A stretch of 64,000 bases of DNA, taken from the human T2T-CHM13v2.0 reference genome, Homo sapiens. Under the pieces are notes generated by a model. That model saw nothing but the letters and a program-made list of their open reading frames with translations. It ran no database searches and was not told the origin of the DNA. This document shows, one piece after another, positions 40,046 to 53,932 of the stretch (the first letter of the stretch is position 1; every line of letters starts with the position of its first letter). Position numbers and translations under genes: made by a program. The stretch is taken from NCBI RefSeq assembly GCF_009914755.1, contig NC_060937.1; one strand, 5' to 3'.

Positions 40046-40322
40046 GGCAGTAGCTCACGCCTGTAATCCCAGCACTTTGGGAGGCAGAGGTGGGTGGATC
40101 ACTTGAGACCAGGAATTTGAGACCAGCCTGGACAACATAATGAAACTCCATCTCTATGAAAAATACAAAAATTAGCTGGGTGTGGTGGTGCAGAACTGTG
40201 GTCCCAGCTACTCGGGAGGCTGAGGTGTGGGGATTGCTTGAGCCCAGGAAGCAGAGGTTGCAGTGAGCCAAGATCACGCCACTGCACTTCAACTCAGCCT
40301 GGGTGACAGAGTGAGACTCCTC
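40046..40322 (+). mobile_element. Old Alu (J/early-S-like) lacking its A-tail, followed by a (CT)-rich tract
   Basis: ggattgcttgagcccaggaagcagaggttgcagtgagcc. 5' end clipped; 3' end runs into tctctctttctctccctctctc; no TSD. Confidence 0.9.
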
Positions 40323-41369
40323 TCTCTTTCTCTCCCTCTCTCATCATATGAATTAAACTCTCAGATAGTCTTTAACAGAGGGGTACATGTTCACCTTAGC
40401 TACCTATAATGAGACCTGGACCCTAATTCCAGGTGTTTTACATATGGTAGTTTCATTTTGGTTTGAGATAGTTTTCAAAATGCTCTCTCACTGAACTATA
40501 TGAGGAAGTAAAAAATATATAATAATACTTGAGTGCATCAAATGGCCTTGTTTCCTTCCATTTGAAAATTGATAGCTGAAAAGGCAGCAGAAGTTAAAAA
40601 CAAAACAAGAAACAACTTTGGACTCAAAGTTACGCTAACCATGTAACTCAGGGCAAATTTCTGAAATCTGCCAGACCTGTGTTATTCATTTGGTAAATGA
40701 AGATGACACCACTTTCTACTTTTTAATAAGGTGCTCTTGGACTGAAAAACACTTCGATCCTCTTTAACAATGTGAATCCACTCTTAATTTTATTATTTGT
40801 TAAAGCACGTAATTAAATTTTTGTCTAGAATTAGCCATAACCTGCATGCTAACTTTTAAAAGTCGTTGTCTGTTTTACTAAGTGTGTTTTCTAGGTTAAT
40901 ACTTTATTTTAAAACCTGTACTTGCTATTTTATTTTGCATGAGTTTAAATTTTTTTCGCAACTAAAAGGTCAATTATAAAATACTATCCGAGTCTCTAAA
41001 TTTGCTCTTCCTAAAATTTTCTGAAAAAGTCTGACCTTATTCAGGTTCAAACATACAGAAAAAGCAACAGTGAATCATTAAACCTCCTTGATACCAGCTG
41101 CCACTTTCTTCCATACACTTCTGATGCCTGCACATTATGTAAATATCAATATTAAAAAATTTAGTCTTTAAAATAACTGTAAGATAAGCCCCCAAATATT
41201 TGGCCTGCCAAAAGATTTTCTGTTCCAAAAAAATATATTTTTCTTAATCCCCTATACAATTAATCTTCAAAATGCAAATTGAATAGCAGAACAATTTAAA
41301 AATATCTTTGCCAACCCAAATTCCTTATAAACACAAAACCCTGACATGTGTACAATGCTTAATTTACAA

Positions 41370-41550
41370 TGTCCTTTCACTTGGTCTTCACAACTGCCCC
41401 AAGAAGAAGGCAGATGTGTTTTTTGTACCTACTTTATAGATGAAGATAGTGAGGTTTGTATAAAATTTTTCAAGGTCACACAGCTAAGTGGAGGGAAGCC
41501 AGGACTAGAACTCAAATACCTACATTCAGTTCTAACAGTCCGTTTATTAT
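41370..41550 (-). mobile_element. MIR
   Basis: ttttatagatgaag...caaggtcacacagctaagtggagggaagccaggactagaactca. Confidence 0.8.
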
Positions 41551-43844
41551 AGCCACAAAGAGAAACAGCTTATGAAATTTTTCTATAGCCCGTTACATAG
41601 AATTCTTCAGGTTCGGTCTGATTTCTAGGCACATGTTAGTCTAAATTATACAGAGACCAACCTATAATATTATTATAGCTTAATCTTTTTAAGGTCTGTA
41701 TCAGATTCTGGAATACTGCTGTCTGACCGCCTCTATTAAGGCTTGAATTTTGGCCACTCTTTATAGAAGTCTAAGACACCGAATTACGTATTTTAGTGTT
41801 ACAGGAAAAGGTTTGTTCCGGAGGATCTGTTCATTTTAACAACTAAGGATTAGAGCGTGGTAATTTATGCTTTGGTGCTTAGAAAGTTTATTTTCTGTTC
41901 TGGTGTACTCCCTTTTACAGCTAGCCACCTGAGTGTTTGGGAGAGCTGTGTGGATGCTTTTGAAGGTTTGGTTTGGCACCTACTACTGTACAGACATTGC
42001 CATTGACTGGAGCGAGTACATCATTCACATCAGAGTTAATGCAGTTATTTTCTGGTCATAAAGAGCAAAAGGCTTTTGAATATCTAATTATTCTATTAGA
42101 TAATTTTAGAATCCTTACCAGGTATCATTATGGCTCAGATAAATATATCCTCTTGTTAAATTCTTATTCACACAAACTTGAAAAAGGCTGTTCATCAGTG
42201 ATATGATTTCCACTGGGACATTTCTAAGTCTTCAGTGCTTAAGTTTTCCCACAGCTGTAAAACAGGCCAAAATAACTATTTATTTTCTATGTGTATGGCC
42301 ATTGTGGAAAGAGGATGTGCTGACACTAGAATATAATTATTCCTCTCCCGGGCTGCCTCAAATGTGGTCAGCCAGCCTTCTTTAGATTTCCAGTGCCTAT
42401 TCCACAGGCTGTGGTGTTTTATTTCTGAATGGACCAGCGTTTGTTTTTGTTGAATTATGCAATTTATTTTTCGTTACACATTCAAATATGTTTCTTGTTT
42501 TCAGCTGACTGTCTTCATTCATGACACTTTTTTTTTTCATTCTCCCAAATTCATTTCTTCTCTCTCGTTTGAATATTTCCATGTGAAATAGATGAAATTT
42601 TACATGGGCAAACAGAAGAGCAGTCAGTCAGAAGCCAACAAACCTACTTACAGTTGATGATGCTTTAAAACAGACGGATTGAGACTGGGGGGTGTGGAGG
42701 AAGGCTTTCCAATTACTGTTTCTCATCAACCTGACCACCCTAAGCCATTAAGCCACTGTAATAGTTTTGCTAATTTGATTTCCTGCACATAAACAACCTT
42801 TGCTGTTCTTTGAAGTTCTTAGGAAAGGTATGAGGAGTTTCAAATTGCAATAATTCAACTCCAAGCATAAGGCTAATTCATCTTTTTTTAAAAAATAAAT
42901 CAGTAAAACAGAAGTTAATTAAAGTGTAAACAATGGGCAGCATTGTGGCTGAGAGTCTCAGAAAAAGAACCTTTGAAATTCTTTGTGTAATGGATATTAC
43001 CTGATTGCACCAGAGCAGGGTGGGGTTTAGGAAAGGATCACATTACTGAGCTCTTTCTCCTCTTCCTCTTACTTTAAAAAAAAGAAAGAAAGAAAGAAAG
43101 AAAGAAAACCACCAACAACAGATGCTTTCATTTTTTTTACTGAATTGGGTGATAGCTTCCTAAACCCAAGCTTCTCCAAAGGCTGGGGGCTTCCTTTCCC
43201 CAGGGAGGCCCTGACACTCTAGGCCCTTGTAAGGGCTGACTCTGTGGGGCTGAGAGTGGGTGGCTGGGAAGCAGCTTGCAGGGAGTTCTGTAGGCAGGAT
43301 GTCACTGCAGTGTGATTCACACCAGGCCAGGTTATGCAGAGGACATGGGCTTCCTCATCACTGATGCCATCGAGCTCCTCATGGGTAGACAGGACCCTGC
43401 CAGTGACACAGGGATGAACAGCTCTCACCCTCTTCCCTCGTCTCAAACCACAGGCCTGGCTGAGAGAGGTGCAGAGGAGGGAAAATGGGCCAAAATAGCT
43501 AAAACACCAAAGTGTTTTCAGTAAGGATTCTCTTGTTTTGATCTTGAGAGAATACAAAGAAGATATGTGGTAGGAGGCCAGGCAAAAATTCCAGCACCCC
43601 TGGGGAGGGCGATTCAGCTAAGCCTCTCTGTCTGCAGGAGTAGAGCCTCTCCTACACAGAGCCAGGAAACTGAACTCATGCTTTCTTTTGAAGGTCAGTT
43701 TGTGTAGGGAGATGAAATATTTTGCTTCAGAAGCAAAATCCAAAGAAGAGCAGAGTGATACTGTGCATCGTCTCTCACCACATAATAGGTAATAGGTAAA
43801 CCCATTTGCTGGGGGTACCTGCTGACCATATGACACCACAGATG

Positions 43845-43846
<2 letters not shown>

Positions 43847-43890
<44 letters not shown>
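43847..43890. repeat. (GT)22 microsatellite
   Basis: Perfect run read directly. Confidence 0.98.
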
Positions 43891-43893
<3 letters not shown>

Positions 43894-44959
43894 CATGTGT
43901 GCAGGTGATTCTCTGTGTATGCTCTTAGTGAGGGGTGGGGGGCGAAAGTGGGGAACCCAGAGGAGATGCAGTGCCAAAACCATGGACAGCAGAGGAGTAG
44001 GTGGTCCCCCACGTGGAGGGTGTTAAGAGGTTCCAACACGTCTCCTTGCAAAACAATCCATTCCAGATCGTGTGAAAATTCTTAATTTCACTTTTTGCTG
44101 CCAGAATTTCTATCATTAATGATATAATTTTACAGATAACAAGGTTCTCTTTTAACAGGCAGACATTGCTTTTAAATGGCTAGAAGCCACAGGTATCTTA
44201 GAATCAATTAGCTTAATGAAAAACTTTATATCATCAAGCTAAAAATGTCAGCTTAATGGAGAAAAAAATAAGTATAATTTTGAAAGCAGAGAGGTGCGAG
44301 CCTGGTGTAAGATTCTGAGCACAAAAGGGGCTACAAGATGCAGTAAATGATGTAAGAGTTAAATAAATAGAGAGATCTGGAAGAAATATGCCACTTGCTT
44401 ACTGGCTTCATCAAGGGCTGGCCTTGGATATTAGGGAGCAGGGCCCAGGAAGAATTTCCGGGCTGATGGCTGGCGCGTGAGGTCCCTATCCACCACTCAG
44501 GTGGGGAAGTGTGCTTTCCCTGGGGCCCTCAAATACCCTGAGCCAAGTGTAATGGAGCTGATGCATTCTCTCCAGAGTTGCTGAAGCAGCTGGGGCTCCC
44601 TCCAGTAGTGTACCCCTGGCCTGCACACAGGACCCTGTCCCTGGAAGGGTCTCTCAGACAGCCAGCATGCCCCAGGCCTTGAGGGCACCCGGCAGCTCTC
44701 CAAACAGAAGTCACCCATGTGTACAAATGCAGGACTCCTGTCTTCTCCAGGAGTAAGATTCATGGGCATTTAGATTTAAAGTAACTTGTAAAATATTCTA
44801 AACTTTAAAACTTGTTTATGGATCGAAAAGTGTATCTACTAGCAAGTGGGGTTTTTTTGGAAAGATTTATCCTTAGCTACAAAATTTACTGTGGCTGGAA
44901 GAAGGTAGACCCACATTTACCAAAATCCTATTCTTGGGTGTCCCAAGAATGTCACAAGC

Positions 44960-45130
44960 AGTATTTTACTTAATTTAATCATCCCAACAAAACTGTCAAG
45001 TCAGTATCCTCAGTCCCATGATACAGATGATGGGAATGAATTTCAGAGCTGGCAAGTGCTAAAGCCAGGATTCAAATACAGGCTTGCTGCTTTCCCAGGC
45101 TGGTGTGCCTCTTGCCATACTGTGCCACCA
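44960..45130 (-). mobile_element. MIR
   Basis: tttaatcatcccaacaa...cccatgatacagatgatggg...agccaggattcaaatacagg. Confidence 0.65.
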
Positions 45131-45832
45131 GGCTGAGAATTAATGCCTAAAATATTATGGGTATATTTTTCATCTACATGTTGGCTACCCTTTAGAAAAG
45201 CATGGGCTTTTCTAGGTAATATCTGGAAGAGCAGTAAGTACCTTGTTCCACTCTCTTTTCCTCAATCCACAAACTCAGAGCTGAGATCAATTTAGCACCA
45301 TATGGAATCATGGCAACCTAACTGGGTAGCAAGTCACCCTGTTTATTGCCTGGTTATGTCGATAAACGGAGCTACGTCTACAATGCAGGAAGCTAAGTCA
45401 AACTTGCAGCATCTCACTTACTCCTCTCAGATGCAAAGCAAATCTATGGAACCTTCCCTCATGAAGTGTATTTGTCAGTCTTCATACACCTGTGGAGATA
45501 GATTATCTTTTGGTCTTATCTTTTAGTCTGGCTTTTGTTTTTTCTCAGGAAAATTAGATCCCTTTAAAAAGTAGAAAAGTTTATCTTCCACAAGTAGGTG
45601 CTCTCTACAGGCAGGGAAATGAGGTAGTTGACCTAGGCTTCATGGCAGCTGCTCAGGGACAGGGCATGCCCCCCAGCTGTACCTGATCAATGCACAGGAC
45701 AGGATCCTGAACAAGCCTTCCTGGGCGCTGTCTTCATGGAGTTTACATTCCAGGAGGAAAGAAAGGCAACTAACAAGCAACTGAAGGAGTAAACAATGTC
45801 GAGCCATCATGGTGCTGGGAAAAAGGACAACT

Positions 45833-46042
45833 ATGTGTATTTAATGTGTGTATGTATGTGTGTATGAGTATGCATGTGTGTGTGAGTGTGTGTGAGACTG
45901 TATATGAGTGTGTTAGTGTGTGAGCATGTGTATGACTGTGAGTGTGTGAGTGCGTGTGTGAAAATGAGTTTCTGTGTGTCAGTGCATGTGTGTGTGTGAG
46001 AGAGACTGAGTGTGAGAGTGTGTGAGTGTGTGTGAGTGTGTG
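45833..46042. repeat. Degenerate (TG/TGAG)n simple repeat
   Basis: Compound tgtgtg/tgagtg tract read directly. Confidence 0.9.
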
Positions 46043-46124
46043 GTTGGGGGTCGGTCATAGTGCTACTGTGGAGACTGCTTTCTGGAGTAAACCCGCCTCC
46101 CTTCACCTGGTGGCATAGTATGGC

Positions 46125-46315
46125 ATTCATCTGAATGCTGCCACTTACTTGCTGTGTGATCTTGAGTAAGTTCCTTAATGTCTTTGTGCCTCAGTTTCCT
46201 CATCTACAAAATGGGGATAACGACAGTAACTGATTCATAGAGTCATTTTCTGAATTAAATGAGTTAATATGTAAAGTCCTTGGTCTAACACAGTGAGTGC
46301 CACAGACAAGTTAGC
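46125..46315 (+). mobile_element. MIR
   Basis: ctgccacttacttgctgtgtgatcttgagtaagttccttaatgtctttgtgcctcagtttcctcatctacaaaatggggataa. Confidence 0.9.
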
Positions 46316-47017
46316 TAAGGAGATCATATTGAAATATAGCTATAATTTTTAAAAAACAAAATTTCCTATTTATTAAATGTATGTGGGTCATTTTAAGCTA
46401 TTTCTGAACTACTCATTATTAAAATCGATTGCACTATGACGCAGTCAGCTTCAGAGGACTCTTGTTCCCTAAACTAAATGGCCTCAGGATTTGGCTTTAT
46501 GCGCCAGTTTTTTACTTTCATCTTTTTCCCTCTGTTCACATGGTCAAACTCTGTCTCTTTTTATGTCTGCATGTCTTATTATGCCTGACTGTAGCAACCT
46601 AGAGTCCTTCTAATGTTCTGTTTCCATCTGTGAGATATGAGAACACATGTAACTGCATTGGCATTTAGAGGTAATATGAAGGATATGCGCTTGCAAAGAG
46701 GGCTGGAGAGACTGCACATCATTACGGACTTGGTTCTGCTGTCTCTGTTTCTTTTATTAAGAAACACCATCCACTTATATTTGGGTTCTCTTTTAGGTTC
46801 TGGTCATTCTACAGCAGTGGCTTTCCTGAAATGGTAACATGATTGTGTGAATGCAGTGCTTCCTGGGGCTCACAGGACTGTGGTGGGATTGGTGGCCATC
46901 CCTCACTGCATAAGCGGAGCCTTGAATTAGGAAAGTTGTGTTGCCCTCTTGAGAAGCATAGAACTTTAGAGCCAAATGAGCCAATTTTGTCTAATTCCAT
47001 CCCCATTATTCTCATAA

Positions 47018-48051
47018 TGAAATGGGAAAAGTTCCCTTGTCCCCCAAAATCGGGGGGTCTTGACCAGCCCAGTTAGGGTGGAGTTTTTGAAACTCCGTGA
47101 AGGGAAATAGAGCCTCTTACCTGCAGGAAAGAGAAGTGGCAGGGTTTTGGAAGAGAGACAGGCCCGACAGTTTTGCATTCGTTCACATTCACCTCCCAGG
47201 ATCACGGGCAAGGTCCCCAGTTGTAACAGGAAAAGTTCCCTTTTCCCCCTAGCAGTGTGTGCGACAGGGGAGTGGCTCACTTCTTCAGCACCCTGCTGCT
47301 CAAACCTCTAGGGGAGCATACAGAAGGGCAGGCTGTGGGGCTCCGACCCCATGGCAGTGTCTAGAGGTGAACTAGGGGTGAACGTTTACAGCTCCTGAAC
47401 CCCAGTGGGTGTGTGTTACAGGGTGCTCTTGTAGTTTAGCTGTCCGTAGGCAGCTTGTGTTAACCAGCTCAGTTAGACCCTCTACCTTGTCACAAGGATA
47501 GAGGGCTTTCTCTATCCTGGGTTCTTGCCTTGGTGAACCAGAAGAATCAGATTCCACCTGGGCTTGGAGGATGAGTGCAAGGCTTTATTGAGTGGAGGTA
47601 GCTCGGGGGAAGTCAGAAGTGGGTAGAGTGGGAAGGTTTTCCCCGGGAGTCGGGCCACTCAGCTGCCTGGCCTCTCTTCTGACTGCCCCAGCCAAACGCT
47701 GCTAGTTCTGCGGTCAGTGGGCTGCCGGGGTGCTGCTGCCTGTCAGTCAGTGTGTTCCTCTTGACGTCCAGCTGCCTGTGTGTTCCTCTGCTGATGTGCT
47801 CTTCTAGACATCCAGCCACCTGTGTGTCTGCCTGCCAGGGTCTTGGGGGGTTTTATAGGCTGGATGGGGGTGTGGCAGCCCAGGGTGGTCTTGGGAAATG
47901 CAACATTTGAGCAGGAAATGCCTGTCCTCACCTAGGTCCATGGGGTTGGAGCCCTAGCCAGGGACCATGCCCTCCTCTACCCAGCACTCCCCTTCCTCAC
48001 TTCTGAATCATTTAAAGGGACCACTCTTCCCTTCCCAGCACTTCTGTATCA
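47018..48051 (-). mobile_element. Collapsed ERV1 provirus (LTR1/HUERS-P2-like): 5' LTR, PBS/leader and terminal 28 bp of 3' LTR
   Basis: LTR 47222-48051 (TG...CA on minus; TATAAAA 47851-47857; AATAAA 47584-47589). Degenerate tRNA-Pro PBS 47201-47219. 28-bp copy of the LTR end at 47018-47045. TSD ATAA at 47014-47017 and 48052-48055. Confidence 0.88.
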
Positions 48052-48744
48052 ATAAGAGAAATCCAAGCTTAATAATGGGGCAGGTGAGTTCTTCAAAGTC
48101 ATGTAGCATCAAAATGCCAATAGCACCATGGCCTTCCGTTTCTGGGCTTCCCTGTCTCGCTGGAGCTGCTGGAGCAGTCATCTCACCTAACAGTTGAACC
48201 TAAAAGTTTTTCACACCCCACCCCCCGCAGCAAAATAAGCCCTGGCACTTGCCCAGTGGGCCCTCTGAGCTCCCAGAGCTGCCCCCACAGCCCCTGGGCT
48301 ACCTCCTCCATCCCACCTTCCTGGTTTCTGAAACAGAAGATAAAACAAAAGAAGGAAAACAGTCTGTGGGTTTGGAGTTTAAATAAACAGGGAGGTTAAC
48401 CAAAAGGCTGGTTTCAATAGATCAGAGGCAAAAGGGATTCCTACAGCTGGAGGCAATTAAATGAAACTAAAAAAAGGATTCTCACACTAAGTACTAGACA
48501 AGTTCTAGAGACTGAAGGAAGCTTTTGTTGAAGTGGACAAATGCTCACTTTAGCTCAAGACTAAAACAAGCAGCCTTTTTCAGCATCCGTTTAGGGATGA
48601 GAGTTTTTCTTTCTTTCTTTTTTTTTTTTCCTAGTTGCCCCTCAGTCACTACAATTATGATAGTTCTTGGAAGAGATACTAACTCTCTTCATAGATCAAA
48701 TGCTGCCCAATCCCAGCAGTATAGAGTTAGAAGTGACCTTACCA

Positions 48745-48966
48745 TCAGTGGAATGCTGTTAAATATTAAACAACTGAATCTCCAAAAAAAATGAAAGAAA
48801 GGAAAAAGGCCTGGTGTGTAGCATTTGGAAATTTTTATGGTGTAAATACCCTACGATGGCTGATTTTAAGTAACCAGCATGAAGTCACTAGTCCACTGAT
48901 GGTGAAGCTGGGAAGAAGGACTAAAGATCAGCTGCAATGCACAGGTACAAGCTCAGGACTCCACTG
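48745..48966. mobile_element. MER63-like hAT DNA transposon
   Basis: cagtggaatgctgttaaatattaaacaac...tgtagcatttgg...tggtgtaaatac...ctccactg, with CAGTGG/CCACTG termini. Confidence 0.7.
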
Positions 48967-49062
48967 CTGACCATGTGAGAGTGATAGGAAATGCTCATGT
49001 GCCATTGTGGAGAGGGAAAATTTGGATATAAGCCTGTATACGTAGCATGACTTCAACCCATT

Positions 49063-49265
49063 CTATCTATCTATCTAATTATCTACTCACCATCTATCCA
49101 TCATCCATCCATTATTTATGCATGTATCCTCCATCCATCCATCATCCATCCATTCCATCCATCATCCATCCATTCCATCCATCATTTATTCATTCATCCC
49201 CCATCCATCCATCCATCCATCCATCCATCCACCCACCCATCCACTCATCTACTTACCTACCTACC
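49063..49265. repeat. Compound (TCTA)/(CCAT)n repeat
   Basis: Read directly. Confidence 0.92.
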
Positions 49266-50109
49266 TCATAGTCCTCAATTATAAAATTGTGTGGAACAGA
49301 TAATAAGGTACTTTCCATTTTTAACTTTTTGTGATTCTACATATAATATTTCTTTTCACAGAATCACTTGATTCATGGATTAGCCGAGGAAGTTTATTTT
49401 TAATTTTGCAAATGCTTTCCTTTATTTATCCTTATGGTACTCATCACATCTCAAAATGTTAGCTATTTACTTCATATTGTGTTTTCCCTAGAAGGTGAGC
49501 TCCCTGAAGGCAGGGGCTTTGTTTGTTTTGGTCACTTCTGTATCTAGGATCTCAACGGGGCCTGGAGGATGGAGGAGCCCAGTAGGTGTGCATCGAAGGG
49601 CATGATCAAAAGTCTTCCTTATACACTTAAGGACATTGAGGCCTTAAGGAATGAAGTGACTTTCCAGAAGTCACAGAGCATATTTGTGGCAGAACCTAAT
49701 ATAGAACCTAAATCTTGCAATTCAGTTTTATTCTCTTTATTCTTTAGCTTACCTCACAAAAGACAGGGCCTACGAAGAAGTACATGTATATTTCTAGATT
49801 GCAAGTTGCAATTTGTGGAGATGAAGTAGAATAAAGAGAGTTAGTTGAGCAATCTACCTGCTCTTCTCCACTTACTCTCGGACCCTTTGCCTGAAGCCCT
49901 TTTCCCCTCAGCTAATTTTGGTCTCTGCTGGAAAGATGGGCATCACGGGCTTGCTTTACATTGTCATACTAATTTGTGGTCTGCATGTATCTCACTGGAG
50001 ATGGAATCGGGGAAAATTTTATTGTTTTCCACTAGAGGAACCCTTCTTTTTAGGTCCCATATCATCAGAAGACCTGTTTTCCTTTTGTTGTTTTTGTTCT
50101 AGCTCCCAG

Positions 50110-50340
50110 TTCACTTCAGCATATATTGGTAACAGGTACTAATTTAGGCGCTGGAGATACAAACATGAATAATACAAGGCAGCTTATCTCCAGGAATGGA
50201 CATTCTCTGGGGGGAACTGATGAAGAAAAGATATTATCAATGTAATGGTCGTAAGTGTAATGCAGAGGAAAATTCCAAAGCTGTAGGAGTCCAATAGAGA
50301 ACACAGCACAGATATTGAGGGAGGGTTCTTTAAAAGAGAC
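50110..50340 (-). mobile_element. L2 3' end
   Basis: ttcagcatatattg...taggcgctggagatacaaacatgaataatacaaggc...cattct. Confidence 0.7.
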
Positions 50341-52048
50341 TGATTTGGGTAATCTCTAATTTATCTGATTAACAGTTTTCTCATTTCTAAAATAAATAGT
50401 GTTTGTGAATAATGAAAGCGTCTACCCATTTGTATAAGGTTCTACAAAAGCAATAGAGTTCATGGGCGAGCCAAGTCATCTCCAGCCTCCTTCCAGAGCC
50501 TGCAGTCAGATGGTAGACCAGATAGCCCTGCATGCCAGGTCCCACCTGATGCTCCCTTGTAGTTGTGTCAAAAAATGGATGCCCTAATTTAATCAGCCAT
50601 TAGTACTTGTGTACTTAATGGAAAAAAACAGCAGTGACATTAAACATCATTAAAACATCTCAGCCTGATTTTAAAAAAATTACTAGATAGAAATTCAACT
50701 GACTGAATCATCAACACTATTCAGTTACAATGAAGTTACTTTAGGCATGGGGTTGTTATAAAAAGTTACTGGTTTTCCAAATTATTGAGGGTCCGCAGTT
50801 TTAGGGTTTTAAATAAATAAGGGCTCACTGAAAAGAAACCTCCCTGTAGGTCAGTGTAGATTTTAATTAGCTGGTAGAGTCCAGCGTTAAACACCTTGAG
50901 AAACTGTCGTGGTGTAGCTTCCTTTCTCTATTGCTTTTGTTCCTTTGAACTGCAATGCAAACCCATGCACACAGAAAGTCAAGAAAAATAAGAGCAGTTT
51001 CTTGTTTCGGGAGTCATAAGTCATCTCAGGTAATGGTGAGGTAGGAAAACAGTTTTGGTCTCAGCCCACTGATAATGGATGGAAGTTACACCCGGTGTGA
51101 TGGTTGCTCTATGTTTTAGCTGTTGACAATTGAAAGGGAACACATCAACATTTACTTATCTGACTTAATGAATGTTATCATGTGGAAAAGGTAAATCAAT
51201 AACAGCCAAGATCAAACATACCAATCTCCTTTTGAACACACAATGCCCTCATTTATATAAATCTCAGCTGCTTGACGGGTGCCCATTTGAACACCCCTGG
51301 GCCAGCCTGGCTAAGAGGCCTTCCATCTTAGGGCGCTGGTGTCAGAATTTCAGGAACTTTTAAGCGTGGAAACTGATTTAAGAGCCGGCAAAGCTATAAT
51401 TCCAGTGGTTTCCTAATTAACATGTGAGTGGAGAACTAGAGTGGCCATGGGTTATCTGAAGTGTTTAGTTCCTGCCTTCCTGCCCCGCCTCCCCAGAGCC
51501 CCAGACTCATTGAACAGAAAGGTTAGAAGTGGCCTACTGGTGACCCCAGGCAGGAACAGATTGTGATCTGCTTAATTAGGCTGCTGTCTTCATCTTACAC
51601 CTCCAGTTTTAACACAGCTTTCCCCTGAGGGGATGTGGCTGCCGAGGTTGTGAACAGGTTTAAAGAGGGGATCTGAGAATGGCTGGGTGGGCTTCCAACT
51701 CTCAGAGTCCCCAGTAGTTGGTCCCCTCTGAACTCAGCGCTGCTCCATTTACCCTTCCTCCCGTCTTTTTCGCCCATTTCCTCTCCCTTGTCAGCCCTTC
51801 GTAGGGTGGAAGGGATTCAGCTGGGGGACCGCGGGCCTAGCCAGACCCAGCTGTGAGAAGCCACACAGGGGAGGCCATCTCACCATTTTCATTCTTGTCT
51901 CCGGCTTCTTGTTTCTGTTCCACTTCATCCCTCACCCGCAAATCCCACCCTCCAACCTGAATTTCCAAGCCTTGTGATTCTCACAGAAGCTCCTTTCTGG
52001 GTTGAGGTGGTTTTGAGCAGTAGAATACTCCGCTTTTCATTTTACTTG

Positions 52049-52422
52049 TGTTGAACAAAGTTTATGGGACTGAGCTGCTGGACTGGGATCCAGCAGATCA
52101 AACCAAATCAGAACGGAGTTGCTGGTGCTAAGTGGCACTCATCAAAGGGAACTTTGAAATGGGCCAGTTTTCCCCCAAACCAGAAGATTCCAGTCAACCT
52201 TTAGCCCTAAGGAGGTTAACTTTGAAATAAATGACCAGTTGCTTTTTGTTCTCTATGTCTGCTCTCCTCAGCTCTTTTCTGCTTATGAAGCTGAACTCCT
52301 CTGCTTCGTTCATTGGAACACCCATTCTGTTTTATAGAATGAGGTGTTGCTGGATTCCACAGTCACAAATCAAAGCCAATGAGCTCATTAAACTAAATCT
52401 GTTGTCATTTTGTCTTTTGACA
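52049..52422 (+). mobile_element. MER31-like solo LTR (ERV1)
   Basis: tgttgaacaaagtttatggga...cattggaacacccattctgttttatagaatgaggtgttg...aaactaaatctgttgtcattttgtcttttgaca. TG...CA termini, 4-bp TSD cttg/ctta. Confidence 0.8.
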
Positions 52423-53132
52423 CTTACCTTGGTGTTGCTCTTCACTCTAAGGCCTTAAAATATATCCCAATACCCTTTTCACTGCTTTTCTTAAAGGTGT
52501 GTGTGTGTGTTATTTCTTCTGGTTTGATACATCTATCAGTGCAGTTTCCTTATATTAATACTTACATGGTTCTCGATTACCTCCAATTGCAACTGTGAGT
52601 GAGGGTTTTAAAATATTTTAAAACAAACAGAAAAAATCGAGTGCCTTAGAGTCTGAGGAAATCAGAAAGGCTATCTGTAGACCTTCCTGCCAGTTCACAG
52701 TCAAAGCCAGGCCCGTGGCTGCAGTTCTCTGGTGTCCTTGGAGGAGTGGGAGCACGGGGTGTGGTCAGTGGTTGCCTCTGTATTTCAGGCCTCAGGGGAC
52801 TTGAGCCCATCTCCCAGCCCTTGTCAAAGGCTTTTCAGGCTTAAGAGCAGATTCTCAAAGTTTAGTATTCTTACATTAAAATATGAATGTAGGGACCAAA
52901 TTCCATAGACATCAATTCAAGACATACGGAGTGAGGCCCCAAAATCTCTTAGAAGCCAGCACTAAATTCCGAGACCACATTGCTTTGGGAAACTAAAAGA
53001 GAAAATCGCTTCACCCTGTAAAAGTTTGGACACACTTAAGATGAGAATTCATTTATGATTTTTGTTACTCGGTATTTCGAATTCTGCCTTTTGAAATATA
53101 AACATAGACTCAGGGAACAGTGTACACATATA

Positions 53133-53165
<33 letters not shown>

Positions 53166-53325
53166 ATCTATCATGAACCTCTATCTATGTATCTATCTAT
53201 ATATCTATCTATCTATCTATCTAGGTATCTGTGTATCCGTGTATGTACGTATCTACATAGGTATCTGTGAATGTATGTATCTACATATGTATCTACGTAT
53301 GTATGTATGTATCTATCTATCTATC
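53133..53325. repeat. Compound STR (TCTG)n(TCTA)n(ATGT)n
   Basis: Read directly. Confidence 0.95.
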
Positions 53326-53932
53326 TCCCTCTTTACAAATAGCTGTTGATCAAATAATAACAGCATTGTTAAAAAGTCAGCCTCAGGGCCTCAGGATGCC
53401 CTCTTAGAATCTGTAAGTGTATGAAGCAGATCTGTAGGCTCTGTTGCTGCTAGTACATTATATTTCGCAGTGTAGTAGTAACTTTGGCAAGACCTATTTA
53501 TTGGATGAGAGGGAACAATGATTGATGTGGGGACAGCATGTGAGTGAGGCATTCTCACTTTGTCACTGGACTCTTTTAGTGGTCCCTATCATTGTGAGAG
53601 ATGCAGGATCCCTGCCCCAGTTCGGGCAGAGCAGCCTTCCCTCTCCTCCCACCAGCTCCCTGCTGCTACCCGGCTCTGCACACCCTGGCAGAGCACAGGC
53701 AGTGTTGACTGGAGTCTCTGCCATCCCTACCTGTCAATTCTCCAGCAGAGTCCTTAAAGGTAGGTTATATCCCCAGCTCCTAGTGGGGGGCCTAGCAATT
53801 AGTACATGTTCAATGAGAATTTGTGAAAGAATGTGTTTATTGAAGGGAGTCTAAATGTACCCGGATTTATATGAGGGAGTCAAAATGTACCAGAATGTAC
53901 CCCTTCTCTGCTTATAGACCTCAACTCCTAGG

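Noticed and set aside
53844-53902. Short direct repeat gggagtc(t/a)aaatgtacc x2
   Set aside because: Two imperfect copies only; a trivial local duplication. It is not a CRISPR-like repeat-spacer array, and no such array was seen anywhere in the window.
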